Shown here: one piece after another, positions 8,694-18,189 of the stretch | Layout: each line of letters starts with the position of its first letter | Numbering within the stretch: the first letter of the stretch is position 1 | Source of the DNA: Nitrososphaerales archaeon | GTDB taxonomy: Archaea; Thermoproteota; Nitrososphaeria; Nitrososphaerales; UBA213 | DNA length: 64,000 nucleotides | Direction of reading: 5' to 3' | NCBI GenBank assembly: GCA_046759465.1 | Contig: JBHICH010000001.1 | Span: 9,953-73,952, forward strand | The notes under the pieces: generated by a model | The model's database searches: none | The model's input: only the letters and a program-made list of their open reading frames with translations | What the model was told of the DNA's origin: nothing | Made by a program: the position numbers and the translations under genes

Positions 8694-9364
8694 GAAAGTT
8701 ACTGTTCATTGTTAATTTCAAGAACTACACAGAGATATCTGGTGAGAAGAGTGTAAAACTTGCTCAATCAGCAGCGTCCGTTGCAAAGGATACAAAAGTC
8801 AAGATCGCTGTTGCACCGCCACAGGCATCACTAGCGCTACTGGCAAGTCAGGTCAGAATTCCAGTCTTTGCGCAGCACCTTGACCATTCCAATACAGGAA
8901 GCACTACAGGCTTTATGGTTCCAGAGATGGCCAAATCTTATGGAGTTGGCGGTTCACTCATAAATCACAGCGAGCACAGAATACAGAGAGCAAAAATAAA
9001 GCAGTTGGTTAAGAAGTTGCGTAAGTTAAGGATGGTTTCGGTTGTTTGTGCAAGATCACCACATGAAGTAAAGAAACTAGCATCATTCAAGCCTGACTAC
9101 ATAGCAATTGAACCTCCTGAACTTATAGGGAGTGGAATCGCGGTATCAAAGGCAAAGCCAAGTGTTATAACTCGATCGATCAACGTGGCTAATCATGTAA
9201 ATGCAAAGGTAAATGTCATTTGCGGGGCTGGCATACTTGATGCAAGTGATGTTTCTGCTGCTATCAGACTGGGATCAAGGGGGATCCTTGTTGCCAGTGG
9301 TATAGTGAAGTCAAGAAACTGGAGAGCAAAGATCAGAGAACTTGCTAATGCCATGGTAATCTAG
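8690..9364 (+). CDS. tpiA: Triosephosphate isomerase, archaeal short type
   Basis: 224 aa. FIVNFKNY, INHSEHR and IAIEPPELIG motifs. Its ATG overlaps the fbp stop (ATGA). Confidence 0.9.
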   Translation: MRKLLFIVNFKNYTEISGEKSVKLAQSAASVAKDTKVKIAVAPPQASLALLASQVRIPVFAQHLDHSNTGSTTGFMVPEMAKSYGVGGSLINHSEHRIQRAKIKQLVKKLRKLRMVSVVCARSPHEVKKLASFKPDYIAIEPPELIGSGIAVSKAKPSVITRSINVANHVNAKVNVICGAGILDASDVSAAIRLGSRGILVASGIVKSRNWRAKIRELANAMVI

Positions 9365-9408
9365 CAATTCTAATTGTTTATATCACACTCTGGCGTATAA
9401 GCTGAGGC

Positions 9409-9642
9409 GTGACAGAAATTCGTCAACACATAAAAACACGAAAATATGTTATCGATTCCCTTGCATCAATCGCCTTCTGGGTGCCAATATATCTAGTCTT
9501 TAATACATTCATTCTGCATTTAGAAATATGGCAGGTTCTTGCTCTGGCAGCTTTCTCCGCAATGGTTAACTTCGCGTTTGGAGGTTTGTTCGGTCGCTTT
9601 CTGGACTGGTGGCGAAAAAAGCTAACGAATCATTATGTATAG
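9409..9642 (+). CDS. Small membrane protein (2 TM), C-terminus reminiscent of the AlaE exporter family
   Basis: 77 aa, GTG start, two hydrophobic helices. GGLFGRFLDWWRKKL resembles the AlaE C-terminal motif. Weak call. Confidence 0.45.
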   Translation: MTEIRQHIKTRKYVIDSLASIAFWVPIYLVFNTFILHLEIWQVLALAAFSAMVNFAFGGLFGRFLDWWRKKLTNHYV

Positions 9643-9711
9643 TTGCAAATTGTTTGGTTGAGTTCAATTTATGAAAAGGTTGATAATAGGCATGTTTTTT
9701 CACTATCTCGC

Positions 9712-12375
9712 ATGCATGAGAAAACTAAACTCATAGTTTTCTTCGATGAGGGTAATGGTAATGATAAGAAGTTACTGGGAGGTAAGGGCGCAGGTTTATG
9801 CGAAATGACAAGATTGGGTCTGCCTGTTCCTCCTGGATTCATAATCACTACTGAAGTTTGCAACAAATACTATGAAAATGGGAGAAAGTTGCCTAATGGG
9901 TTAATAGAGCAAATTAGAACCTCTATGAAGAAGCTCGAGCAGATAACTGGCAAGAGGTTTGGCGATAAAGATAATCCGTTATTAGTTTCAGTAAGATCTG
10001 GAGCGCCTATATCGATGCCTGGTATGATGGATACTATTCTGAATTTGGGTCTGAATGATGATACATTACAGGGATTGGCAAAGCAGAGCAAGAATCCTAG
10101 GTTTGCATTGGATGCCTATAGAAGGTTTGTTCAGATGTTTGGCAAGATAGTGCTTGGCGTTGAAGATGATGCATTCTCTAGACTACTCGAAGATAAGAAG
10201 AGGCAGAAGGATCCTAAATTCGACAGTGAGTTGGATGAGAACGACCTTCAAGAATTGACAGAAAAATTCAAAAAAGTTTGTGAAGAGCATGCCGGTGAAA
10301 GTTTTCCAAAGGATCCGTACAAGCAGCTAGAGTTGGCAATAGAGGCAGTATTTAGGAGCTGGATGGGCGAGCGAGCTGTCGAATACAGAAAATACTACAA
10401 AATTACTCCTCACATTGCACATGGAACGGCGGTCAATGTAGTAACTATGGTATTTGGTAATCTGGGCGAAGACAGCGCAACCGGTGTAGTATTTAGCAGA
10501 AATCCAGAAAACGGAGAAAAGAAGCCTTATGGTGATTTTTTGATCAATTCACAAGGTGAGGATGTGGTTGCCGGTGTAAGGACTCCAGAACCGATAGATA
10601 GACTTGAAGCTAAAATGCGTGAACAATACGAGCAATTGTTTAAAGTTTGCAGTAAGCTTGAGCAGCATTACAGAGAACCCCAAGATATAGAATTCACCAT
10701 AGAACATAACAAGTTGTACATGCTTCAGACCAGAGCAGCAAAGATGAATGCGTCTGCAATGGTGAAAACTTCTGTTGATATGGTAAGGGAAGGTCTGATC
10801 ACTAAAGAGCAGGCACTCCTACGGGTTGAGGCAGAAGAACTGGAGCAGATACTTCACAAAAGGGTGGATCCGAAGACAGATGCGACGCCAATTACAAAAG
10901 GTATCGCAGCATCACCAGGTGCAGCAAGCGGTAAGGTTGTATTTAATGTAGATAAAGCGGAGGAGTTGAAAAAGAGGGGTGAGAAACTCTTGCTTGTCAG
11001 AGAAGAAACAAAACCTGAAGATGTGCCAGCATTCTTCCAGTCAAACGGAATACTAACGAGTAGGGGTGGGAAGACCTCTCATGCAGCTGTCGTTGCTAGG
11101 GGAATGGGCAAGCCCTGCATTGTTGGCTGCTCTAAGATAACTATCGATTATGGTCATAACAAATTCACAGTAGACAATGTTAGTGTGAGGGAAGGCGATA
11201 TCATTACTATTGATGGTTCTACTGGCATGGTTTATGTCGGCGAGGTACCGACAATAGATCCTGAGATTACCGAAGAATTCATGCAATTATTGCAATGGGC
11301 AGATCAGATCAAGAGGCTGGGTGTTAGAGCAAATGCAGACACAGTAGAAGCTGCCACATTTGCTGGAAAGTTTGGTGCAAAAGGAATAGGTCTTTGCAGA
11401 ACTGAAAGGATGTTCAATGCCCGTGATCGTTTACCAATATTTGTAAAAATGATAATGACAACAAGCGATAGTGAAAGGCAAAATGTATTGAGCGAGTTGT
11501 TGCCCTTACAAAAATCTGATTTCAAGGTTATACTAAAAGCAATGGAAGGTTACCCAGTTACAATACGGCTGCTTGACCCTCCACTACACGAATTTTTACC
11601 AAGAATTGATGACTTGCTACAAGCATTTTACGAATCCAAGGATACAGATGCAAAACAACCTGTTGTTGTGGAGAAAGAAAGCTTGCTTAACAGAGCGAGG
11701 GAACTCGCTGAGATAAACCCAATGATGGGCCATAGAGGTGTTAGAATAGGAATAACGTATCCAGAGATATACGAGATGCAGATACGTGCAATTTGTGAAG
11801 CAACAGCGGAGCTGATCAAGGAAGGCGTTCATGCCGAACCACAGATAATGGTTCCGCAGGTAGGAAGTGCTGAAGAACTGACAGAAATTAGGCGCATCTA
11901 TGACAAGGTTAGAAGAGAAGTTGAAAAAAGGTATCACATGAAACTGCCGATCAAGTTTGGAACCATGATTGAAGTTGTTCGTTCGTGTTTAACTGCGGAC
12001 AGTATTGCCGAAGTAGCAGAATTCTTCAGTTTTGGAACGAACGATCTAACACAAGCCGTTTTCAGTTTCAGCAGAGAAGATGTCGAGGGCAAATTTCTGC
12101 CATTGTATATGGAGAAGGGAATCATTCAATTCAATCCATTCCAAAGTATTGATGTAGAAGGGGTAGGGGAAGTAATGAAGATAGCAGTAGAATTGGGCAG
12201 GGGCAGAAGAAGTGACTTGGAGATCGGAATATGTGGAGAGCATGGGGGAGATCCGCATTCAGTTGAGTTTTGCGATACTGCAAATCTAAATTATGTGAGC
12301 ACATCAGCCCATAGAATACCCATTGCTATAATAGCCGCTGCACAAAGCACGATACGGCATAAGACAAAGGCTTAG
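9712..12375 (+). CDS. ppdK: Pyruvate, phosphate dikinase
   Basis: LLGGKGAGLCEM, the phospho-His segment TSRGGKTSHAAVVARGMGKPC, and the C-terminal PEP-utilising TIM-barrel motifs. ATG 9712 gives the canonical start. The track extends to TTG 9643. Confidence 0.95.
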   Translation: MHEKTKLIVFFDEGNGNDKKLLGGKGAGLCEMTRLGLPVPPGFIITTEVCNKYYENGRKLPNGLIEQIRTSMKKLEQITGKRFGDKDNPLLVSVRSGAPISMPGMMDTILNLGLNDDTLQGLAKQSKNPRFALDAYRRFVQMFGKIVLGVEDDAFSRLLEDKKRQKDPKFDSELDENDLQELTEKFKKVCEEHAGESFPKDPYKQLELAIEAVFRSWMGERAVEYRKYYKITPHIAHGTAVNVVTMVFGNLGEDSATGVVFSRNPENGEKKPYGDFLINSQGEDVVAGVRTPEPIDRLEAKMREQYEQLFKVCSKLEQHYREPQDIEFTIEHNKLYMLQTRAAKMNASAMVKTSVDMVREGLITKEQALLRVEAEELEQILHKRVDPKTDATPITKGIAASPGAASGKVVFNVDKAEELKKRGEKLLLVREETKPEDVPAFFQSNGILTSRGGKTSHAAVVARGMGKPCIVGCSKITIDYGHNKFTVDNVSVREGDIITIDGSTGMVYVGEVPTIDPEITEEFMQLLQWADQIKRLGVRANADTVEAATFAGKFGAKGIGLCRTERMFNARDRLPIFVKMIMTTSDSERQNVLSELLPLQKSDFKVILKAMEGYPVTIRLLDPPLHEFLPRIDDLLQAFYESKDTDAKQPVVVEKESLLNRARELAEINPMMGHRGVRIGITYPEIYEMQIRAICEATAELIKEGVHAEPQIMVPQVGSAEELTEIRRIYDKVRREVEKRYHMKLPIKFGTMIEVVRSCLTADSIAEVAEFFSFGTNDLTQAVFSFSREDVEGKFLPLYMEKGIIQFNPFQSIDVEGVGEVMKIAVELGRGRRSDLEIGICGEHGGDPHSVEFCDTANLNYVSTSAHRIPIAIIAAAQSTIRHKTKA

Positions 12376-13289
12376 TAAACTTTTCCGAAAGAATCTTCAG
12401 GAACTTTTAGCATGCTAAACAGATCTGGATGAATTATCTTTGCAAGTATTTCAAGACCTGTAACTGTCCTTGGTCCAGGTCTGCTGAAGTAAGAACTGGC
12501 GTCTACAGCGTATATCATCTTGTTCCTAACAGCATTGAATTTCTTCCAATTCTCTGATTTCTCGATCCGCCACAACTCCTTCAGTGTTCGCATAAGGTCA
12601 AACCCGCATGGCATCAAGACAATTATCTCAGGATCGAATTCCAATGCTTCTTCCCACCCCATCCTTCTTGATGGCTCACCTCTCGTGCTTACACCATTTA
12701 CTGCTCCTCCAAGCTCCACCATTTGTGGAACCCAATGGCCAGATGTGAATAAAGGATCAAGCCATTCTATGCATAATACCTTTGGTCTATCTTTAGCATC
12801 TTTTGCTGTAGAACTTATTTTGTCAATTCTATTTTTTAACATTCTAACGACTTCTACTCCTCTTGCTTCCTTACCGATCTCTTTCGCAACCTGTGTTATG
12901 CTATCAAGTATCTCGTCAAGGTCGTGAGGATCTAAAACTATAACCCCTGGCTTTTTGTTTAGAATATTAATAGCTCTGTCCAACTCCTTTAGGTATGGCG
13001 AACATACCTCACAAAGACCTTGAGCAACGATTAGTTCTGGATCCGCATTCTTCAAGGCCTGATCGTCTATAATGTAAATGTCCTTAGCCTCGCGCACAAA
13101 CTTAACAACTATTTTATCGATTTCCTCACTTCCAATTTTTGAAGAATCAAACGAGCTTCTAACCACTACAGTCTTTTTGCTAGCATCGGGAGGGAAATCA
13201 CATTCGTGGGTTACACCAACGATATCCTGTCCAACACCCAATTCATACAGTATCTCTGTTGCGCTGGGTAAGAAAGAACAGATGCGCAT
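12372..13289 (-). CDS. BtuF/FhuD-like periplasmic-binding-protein-fold protein (cobalamin/Fe-siderophore type), no signal peptide
   Basis: MRICSFLPSATEILYELGVGQDIVGVTHECDFP is the typical class-III SBP N-terminus. Its stop overlaps the ppdK stop (convergent). Confidence 0.75.
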   Translation of the reverse strand: MRICSFLPSATEILYELGVGQDIVGVTHECDFPPDASKKTVVVRSSFDSSKIGSEEIDKIVVKFVREAKDIYIIDDQALKNADPELIVAQGLCEVCSPYLKELDRAINILNKKPGVIVLDPHDLDEILDSITQVAKEIGKEARGVEVVRMLKNRIDKISSTAKDAKDRPKVLCIEWLDPLFTSGHWVPQMVELGGAVNGVSTRGEPSRRMGWEEALEFDPEIIVLMPCGFDLMRTLKELWRIEKSENWKKFNAVRNKMIYAVDASSYFSRPGPRTVTGLEILAKIIHPDLFSMLKVPEDSFGKVY

Positions 13290-13446
13290 GAAAATATTTT
13301 ATTATACTGCGCTTTAAGTGCATCGTCAGATGTAATAGGTGTAATAACCTTCTAAAAAAATAGTGGGTGTTACCTGCTTTACCTACCTTCTACGACTCAC
13401 CATGTATCGTTAATATCAGAGCTAATGAAAGGCAGATGGATTGCCT

Positions 13447-13950
13447 TTATTCATAAGCTTTCTCACCATGCATCGTTATTGTTACAGTATAGCCCGCACT
13501 GCCATGGAACCTCACTCTTTCGTCAGAGGTGTTTGCAAGTGCAATATCTGTAATACCTTCGCCTATGTGACCATGGTAGACGCATGATATTGGTGGGTTG
13601 GACAAGGGAGCAACGTAATCCACTTCTAGAGGGGCAACATCTGGTGCCACACCGGCAAGTACAGTCAAAAGTTGCTCACCATCAGCTCCGCAGGGAACCT
13701 TCATAGCGATATGGCCCTCTTCAGATAGGTATGTTGTGATGTCAATCAAAAGTATGAAGTCTCCTGGATTTATCCAGCCACGAAGGTTTATTGTTTGTGT
13801 GTCGACTATCTGTCTACCAATCTCCTCTTCTATCATTTCTTCTATCGACACTTCCTGACTAACTGCCTGATTCTGTCCCAGAAAGGTGAAAGGCACTAGT
13901 ACACTTGCGACAACTGCTACGCCAATTGCTGTTAGGATACTTTTATTCAT
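13447..13950 (-). CDS. Secreted/membrane-anchored hypothetical protein
   Basis: Starting at ATG 13950 gives MNKSILTAIGVAVVASVLVPF, a signal/anchor helix. No catalytic motif recognised. Divergent from the next gene. Confidence 0.6.
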   Translation of the reverse strand: MNKSILTAIGVAVVASVLVPFTFLGQNQAVSQEVSIEEMIEEEIGRQIVDTQTINLRGWINPGDFILLIDITTYLSEEGHIAMKVPCGADGEQLLTVLAGVAPDVAPLEVDYVAPLSNPPISCVYHGHIGEGITDIALANTSDERVRFHGSAGYTVTITMHGEKAYE

Positions 13951-14126
13951 ACCGAGTAACAACTTGACCGAAATGATTGTTTAAAAACGTTTATGCAAGT
14001 ATCTTTGGATTTACCATCTTTACTGCTAGCAGATACAAAAGTTTATCTTATATGTGATAAACATAATTATCAATTTTGAAAATACGCTCAATATATTTAT
14101 AACACAACTGAACAAGCTCATAATTG

Positions 14127-15554
14127 ATGAACGGAAAGCAGCGAGCTGTTACTCTGACGACTATTTTTGCTCTTACCAGTTCATTACTGATTGGACCTGC
14201 AGCACAATTTGTTACACCTGCATACGGTCATGGGCTGAGTGGTGATGTAGCTATGCCCGCTTCAATAGGTGATCGAGTGGCAACGGTGAGAGTGGACATG
14301 AAGCCATCATTTCTCTTGGCAGAAGCACCGCAAGATGCAACCATTGAAATAAAATTCTTTGATACAAAGACTAACAGCTTAATAGAACACGTCACGTACT
14401 TCGTGACATTGAAGAAGGGCGAAAATGTGCTTATGCGCGAGTGGTTTCATGCGCATGACGGAGATCTATTCATAAAGATCAGACCAACTGAACAGCCCAA
14501 CGTAGTGGTGAATGCACCTAAAGAACCGATATTGGATGGTTGGATTGGGAGCAGGGATGTACCTGCGCTGGCGCAGGGACCAATATTTTTGGAGGGCGGG
14601 CTGTATCACTTCGCGATTGAAATATTTGCAATCGACTTCGATAAAACGATACTTGAGCCACCCATAAAGTATGATGCTTACATAAGCATTGGTGAAACAA
14701 CTACATATGCAATAACAAACGGAGTAGAAGAAGTAATATCGGTAAGGACGTATTATGATAAAATTCAGGACTTTAGCTTTGATGAAAAGAATAAGCATGT
14801 AAAATTCTCGATGCCTATGAACTGGGACGAAGAATTCTTGGCTCAAGTACCATTGCTGCACGAGGAAGTGGTAATTCCAAAATCTTTTACCGAATTGGTA
14901 GCAGAGAAGTATACAGGTTTAGTGAATGGCGTAAGACTGCCTAAAAGTGCGGTAATGGTGGATGACTCGAATCCCAATGAATTGGTTGTGCACTACATGA
15001 TACCTAATCAGCAGTTGTTGCAGATTAGGAAGCATGTCACTGCTATGGTAGACGGTGATGTGAAGACAGCCGAATTTACTCTAGCTCCTGGGACGATAGA
15101 TATAGGGGTGCCCCTTGAGAGCGAACAGATGATGGGTGGTCAGATGATGGCTATGAGCAGCAATGGAAGTATTAATGCAATGTTGTCGTGGAGCCCTACT
15201 GTGATAGAACCTGACAAAACAGCTGCATTTACGTTTAATTTTATGGATGCGCTGAGCAATCAACCAATACGTGATGCAACCTACGACTTTCTTCTTGTTA
15301 AAGATGGACAAGAGATAATAAAAAGACAGGGACAGACGCTTGCTGGTGTAGGATCCGAGCAGTTCACATTTACGCAATCGCAGACAGGTTCGGTAATGCT
15401 TCGGCTCGACAACGTTAATGATACGGGAGAATCAATTGAGTTCTCAATAAATGTGGTTCCAGAGTTCGCTCCAAGCGTTTTAGCAATAATGGCTGGAGTA
15501 ATAGCAACAATGCTGTTGATAACTAGATTTAAGCATACAAATTTCGGGCATTAA
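14127..15554 (+). CDS. Secreted protein with a PEF-CTERM-like C-terminal sorting signal
   Basis: N-terminal signal MNGKQRAVTLTTIFALTSSLLIGPAAQFVTPAYG. The C-terminus ...NVVPEFAPSVLAIMAGVIATMLLITRFKHTNFGH has a PEF motif, a TM helix and basic residues. Confidence 0.7.
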   Translation: MNGKQRAVTLTTIFALTSSLLIGPAAQFVTPAYGHGLSGDVAMPASIGDRVATVRVDMKPSFLLAEAPQDATIEIKFFDTKTNSLIEHVTYFVTLKKGENVLMREWFHAHDGDLFIKIRPTEQPNVVVNAPKEPILDGWIGSRDVPALAQGPIFLEGGLYHFAIEIFAIDFDKTILEPPIKYDAYISIGETTTYAITNGVEEVISVRTYYDKIQDFSFDEKNKHVKFSMPMNWDEEFLAQVPLLHEEVVIPKSFTELVAEKYTGLVNGVRLPKSAVMVDDSNPNELVVHYMIPNQQLLQIRKHVTAMVDGDVKTAEFTLAPGTIDIGVPLESEQMMGGQMMAMSSNGSINAMLSWSPTVIEPDKTAAFTFNFMDALSNQPIRDATYDFLLVKDGQEIIKRQGQTLAGVGSEQFTFTQSQTGSVMLRLDNVNDTGESIEFSINVVPEFAPSVLAIMAGVIATMLLITRFKHTNFGH

Positions 15555-15578
15555 AAAACTCTTTTATTTACGTGATCG

Positions 15579-16652
15579 TTATGTGATAACTTTGTCCAAA
15601 ATGTCTCGTGATTGAGCATCCTTTATTTCTCTTGCAATCCTTCTACCCATGCTCATAGGCTCATCGTATATGAAAGCAGAGTATGGAGAACCTTCAACAT
15701 AAAGATTCGTTCCAGCAACTATCCTGGCAGAAAATTCGAACGATGTGAACTTTCCGTCTTTGTCATAAACACCTTCGATACAAAACGGTCCAAGCATTCC
15801 TGGCTTTACAAGCCTTTTTGATGCTTGCACAAATCTTTCCCCCATGTTGTAGACTTTCTCTAGTAATGATTCTCTTAACACCAATGGTATGTTTCCTATA
15901 ACTGTGTATGATGGTTCTATCTCAACCTCTTGCTGGTGTTTAGATGGTACTCTTCCAAGAGCATCGACATCTGACTCGTACCTTCTATCTATGCCAAGAA
16001 ACTCCAGTTCATCATTAAGTGGAGAATAGAAGTATTGTAGATAGACAGGAACGCCAAACGAGTATTCCTGTATGTAAAGATCGTTCTCGCTCTTTATCAG
16101 CTCTTTTTTCTTTAGCTTCTCTGCTCTTTCTAAGAAACTCTTTTTGTCCCATGCCAGGAAGTATCCTTTACCACCAGCTGCACCGTGGAGCTTTACAATT
16201 ACCAAACGATCTATATCATTTGGACCATCAATGCTCTTGGGAGTTTCTAATCCAGCTTCTTTCATCAGTTTCTCCTTCAAGTTTCTATCAGCCTCCCACC
16301 TTAAGATCCATCTGTTACCAAAGAACGGTAGTTTGATGTTTTCTATTTGCTTACCATCCATGTTTGAGATCAATGTTCCATGCGGTATCAGTATTGATTC
16401 ATTTTTTTGTAAGAGATCTAGAGTTGATTGATCAAGTATTTCTGTGAAGCTGTTAACGAGTAAAAGTTCATCTATAAACCTGAATCTCTGATACAAGCTC
16501 TTCCTTTTGTTTTCGCATACAAGTAAGGTTTTGAAACCCTCGTCCTTTGCTCCTTTCAACACTTGTAGCGCACAGTGCGAACCGAGTGTTGCTATACTCG
16601 TCAATCTAAGCACTATGCTCTGTGACACCATTAAAAATGTAACACTCATCAT
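15579..16652 (-). CDS. purP: 5-formaminoimidazole-4-carboxamide ribonucleotide (FAICAR) synthetase PurP (ATP-grasp)
   Basis: IATLGSHCALQVLKGAKDEGFKTLLV N-terminus and ATP-grasp body are typical of archaeal PurP. The exact start (M1, M2 or M8) is uncertain. Confidence 0.85.
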   Translation of the reverse strand: MMSVTFLMVSQSIVLRLTSIATLGSHCALQVLKGAKDEGFKTLLVCENKRKSLYQRFRFIDELLLVNSFTEILDQSTLDLLQKNESILIPHGTLISNMDGKQIENIKLPFFGNRWILRWEADRNLKEKLMKEAGLETPKSIDGPNDIDRLVIVKLHGAAGGKGYFLAWDKKSFLERAEKLKKKELIKSENDLYIQEYSFGVPVYLQYFYSPLNDELEFLGIDRRYESDVDALGRVPSKHQQEVEIEPSYTVIGNIPLVLRESLLEKVYNMGERFVQASKRLVKPGMLGPFCIEGVYDKDGKFTSFEFSARIVAGTNLYVEGSPYSAFIYDEPMSMGRRIAREIKDAQSRDILDKVIT

Positions 16653-16743
16653 AGGTTAATGGTAACGGATAATAGGCAACTACATATCCGAAAGATATCT
16701 AAACTTTAATTTGGATTAGACTCTCTTCCTCGCAACTCACCTG

Positions 16744-17193
16744 TTAATTGCTTATCACAACTAAACCCTTCATTTGATCTGGATGCAAATTGCAAAGATA
16801 TTCGAACTCCCCTGCCATCATGGCCGCGAATTCTACTTCGCTATGTGCACCGGGTTCTACAATCTCAGTCCTTAGATTTAGGTCGGGCACAGCCAAATCG
16901 TGCTTCGTAATCTGGTCAGCATTCCTTAACTTGAACTTAACAAAATCTCCCACCTTTGCTTCTATTGTAGGGTTTTGTTCACCAGCAACTAAAAAGCTGT
17001 GGGTTGTATGCGTTTCATGATTGCCAGATTCAAGATGGACAGCAGTAAACTCGAACTCTTTCATAGCAAGCTCTGGTTCAGAGATGCTGGATTCTTTTTG
17101 AACAACTGCTATGGTTATACCTATTATGACGGCTACCACAACTGGTATGACAAATAATTTACCTCTTTTTGCCATTTCTTTTGCGGAAAACAT
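16744..17193 (-). CDS. Membrane-anchored blue (type 1) copper protein, plastocyanin-like cupredoxin
   Basis: N-terminal TM anchor. C-terminal YLCNLHPDQMKG supplies the Cys-His-Met copper ligand loop. Confidence 0.8.
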   Translation of the reverse strand: MFSAKEMAKRGKLFVIPVVVAVIIGITIAVVQKESSISEPELAMKEFEFTAVHLESGNHETHTTHSFLVAGEQNPTIEAKVGDFVKFKLRNADQITKHDLAVPDLNLRTEIVEPGAHSEVEFAAMMAGEFEYLCNLHPDQMKGLVVISN

Positions 17194-17259
17194 AAGATTA
17201 GCTATAAATTATAAATGTTTCTTAAACCAAATATGATAATTGCAGAGAGTGAAAGATAA

Positions 17260-18177
17260 TTGGATCCAAAAGAAGCTCATACGGCAGAGCACATCTTCGT
17301 AGGAAGTTTGCAAAGATCGGTTAGTAACATATTCGTTAGAAAGGTAGAGCATCGGGACTCTGTAAATAAGATTTACATAAAATGTCCAGAGTTGAGCCTT
17401 GATTCCATACACGAAGCTGAATTGATGGCAAACAAGATCATAGGAGAAGGTAGAAGAGTAAAGGAACACAACTTTCAATCACTAGAAGAAGCAAGAAAAA
17501 TGTTTCCGCAAATGCGCGCCTATGAAGAGCGCATATCTGGAAGTGTTAGGGTAATAGAAATCGATGGCTACGACTATGCAGCATGTGCCAGAGAGCACAC
17601 GCAAAATACGAGCGAATGTGGGCTTTTCATTGTTACCAGAGTTTCTAGAGAACAGAATGAGCATGAAATTGAATTCGTTGTTGGTGAAGCAGCAAAGCTT
17701 TCTGCGATAGATATGAGTATGCGATGCATTAAGGTTGCAAGAGAACTTGGAGCAAGCATGAACACGCTGGAAGCTACGGCAAAAAATCTTAGGGACGATC
17801 TAGATGGTTACAAAAAGAAACTAGTTCAGATCACAGAGCAACTTGTTGATAATGTCAATGCAAAGGACAGTCGTGGCAAATTGGTATATGCCAAGGTGTT
17901 TGATATGCTTGATGATTCTACACTGATGAAAAAGGCCGGAGAAATTATCAAGCAGCCAAACACTTTAGTTGCATTTGCAAACACCAATGACAAGGGAATT
18001 ATAATTTTAGCATGCAATGATAAACTACCAATAAACTGCAGTTCAGCTCTGAAATCCATTCTTGACAAATTTGAAGGCAAAGGTGGCGGAAAGACTAACT
18101 TTGCGACTGGTTCAGTTCCAAAAGACAAAATACACCAGGCCTTTAACGGCATGCTTAAAGACTTAAATTTAGAATGA
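17260..18177 (+). CDS. alaX: Alanyl-tRNA editing protein AlaX (long form with DHHA1-like C-terminus)
   Basis: HTAEH and CAREH zinc/editing motifs of the AlaRS second additional domain. C-terminal GKGGGKTNFATG. TTG start. Confidence 0.8.
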   Translation: MDPKEAHTAEHIFVGSLQRSVSNIFVRKVEHRDSVNKIYIKCPELSLDSIHEAELMANKIIGEGRRVKEHNFQSLEEARKMFPQMRAYEERISGSVRVIEIDGYDYAACAREHTQNTSECGLFIVTRVSREQNEHEIEFVVGEAAKLSAIDMSMRCIKVARELGASMNTLEATAKNLRDDLDGYKKKLVQITEQLVDNVNAKDSRGKLVYAKVFDMLDDSTLMKKAGEIIKQPNTLVAFANTNDKGIIILACNDKLPINCSSALKSILDKFEGKGGGKTNFATGSVPKDKIHQAFNGMLKDLNLE

Positions 18178-18189
18178 AAAGGTTTGGTC

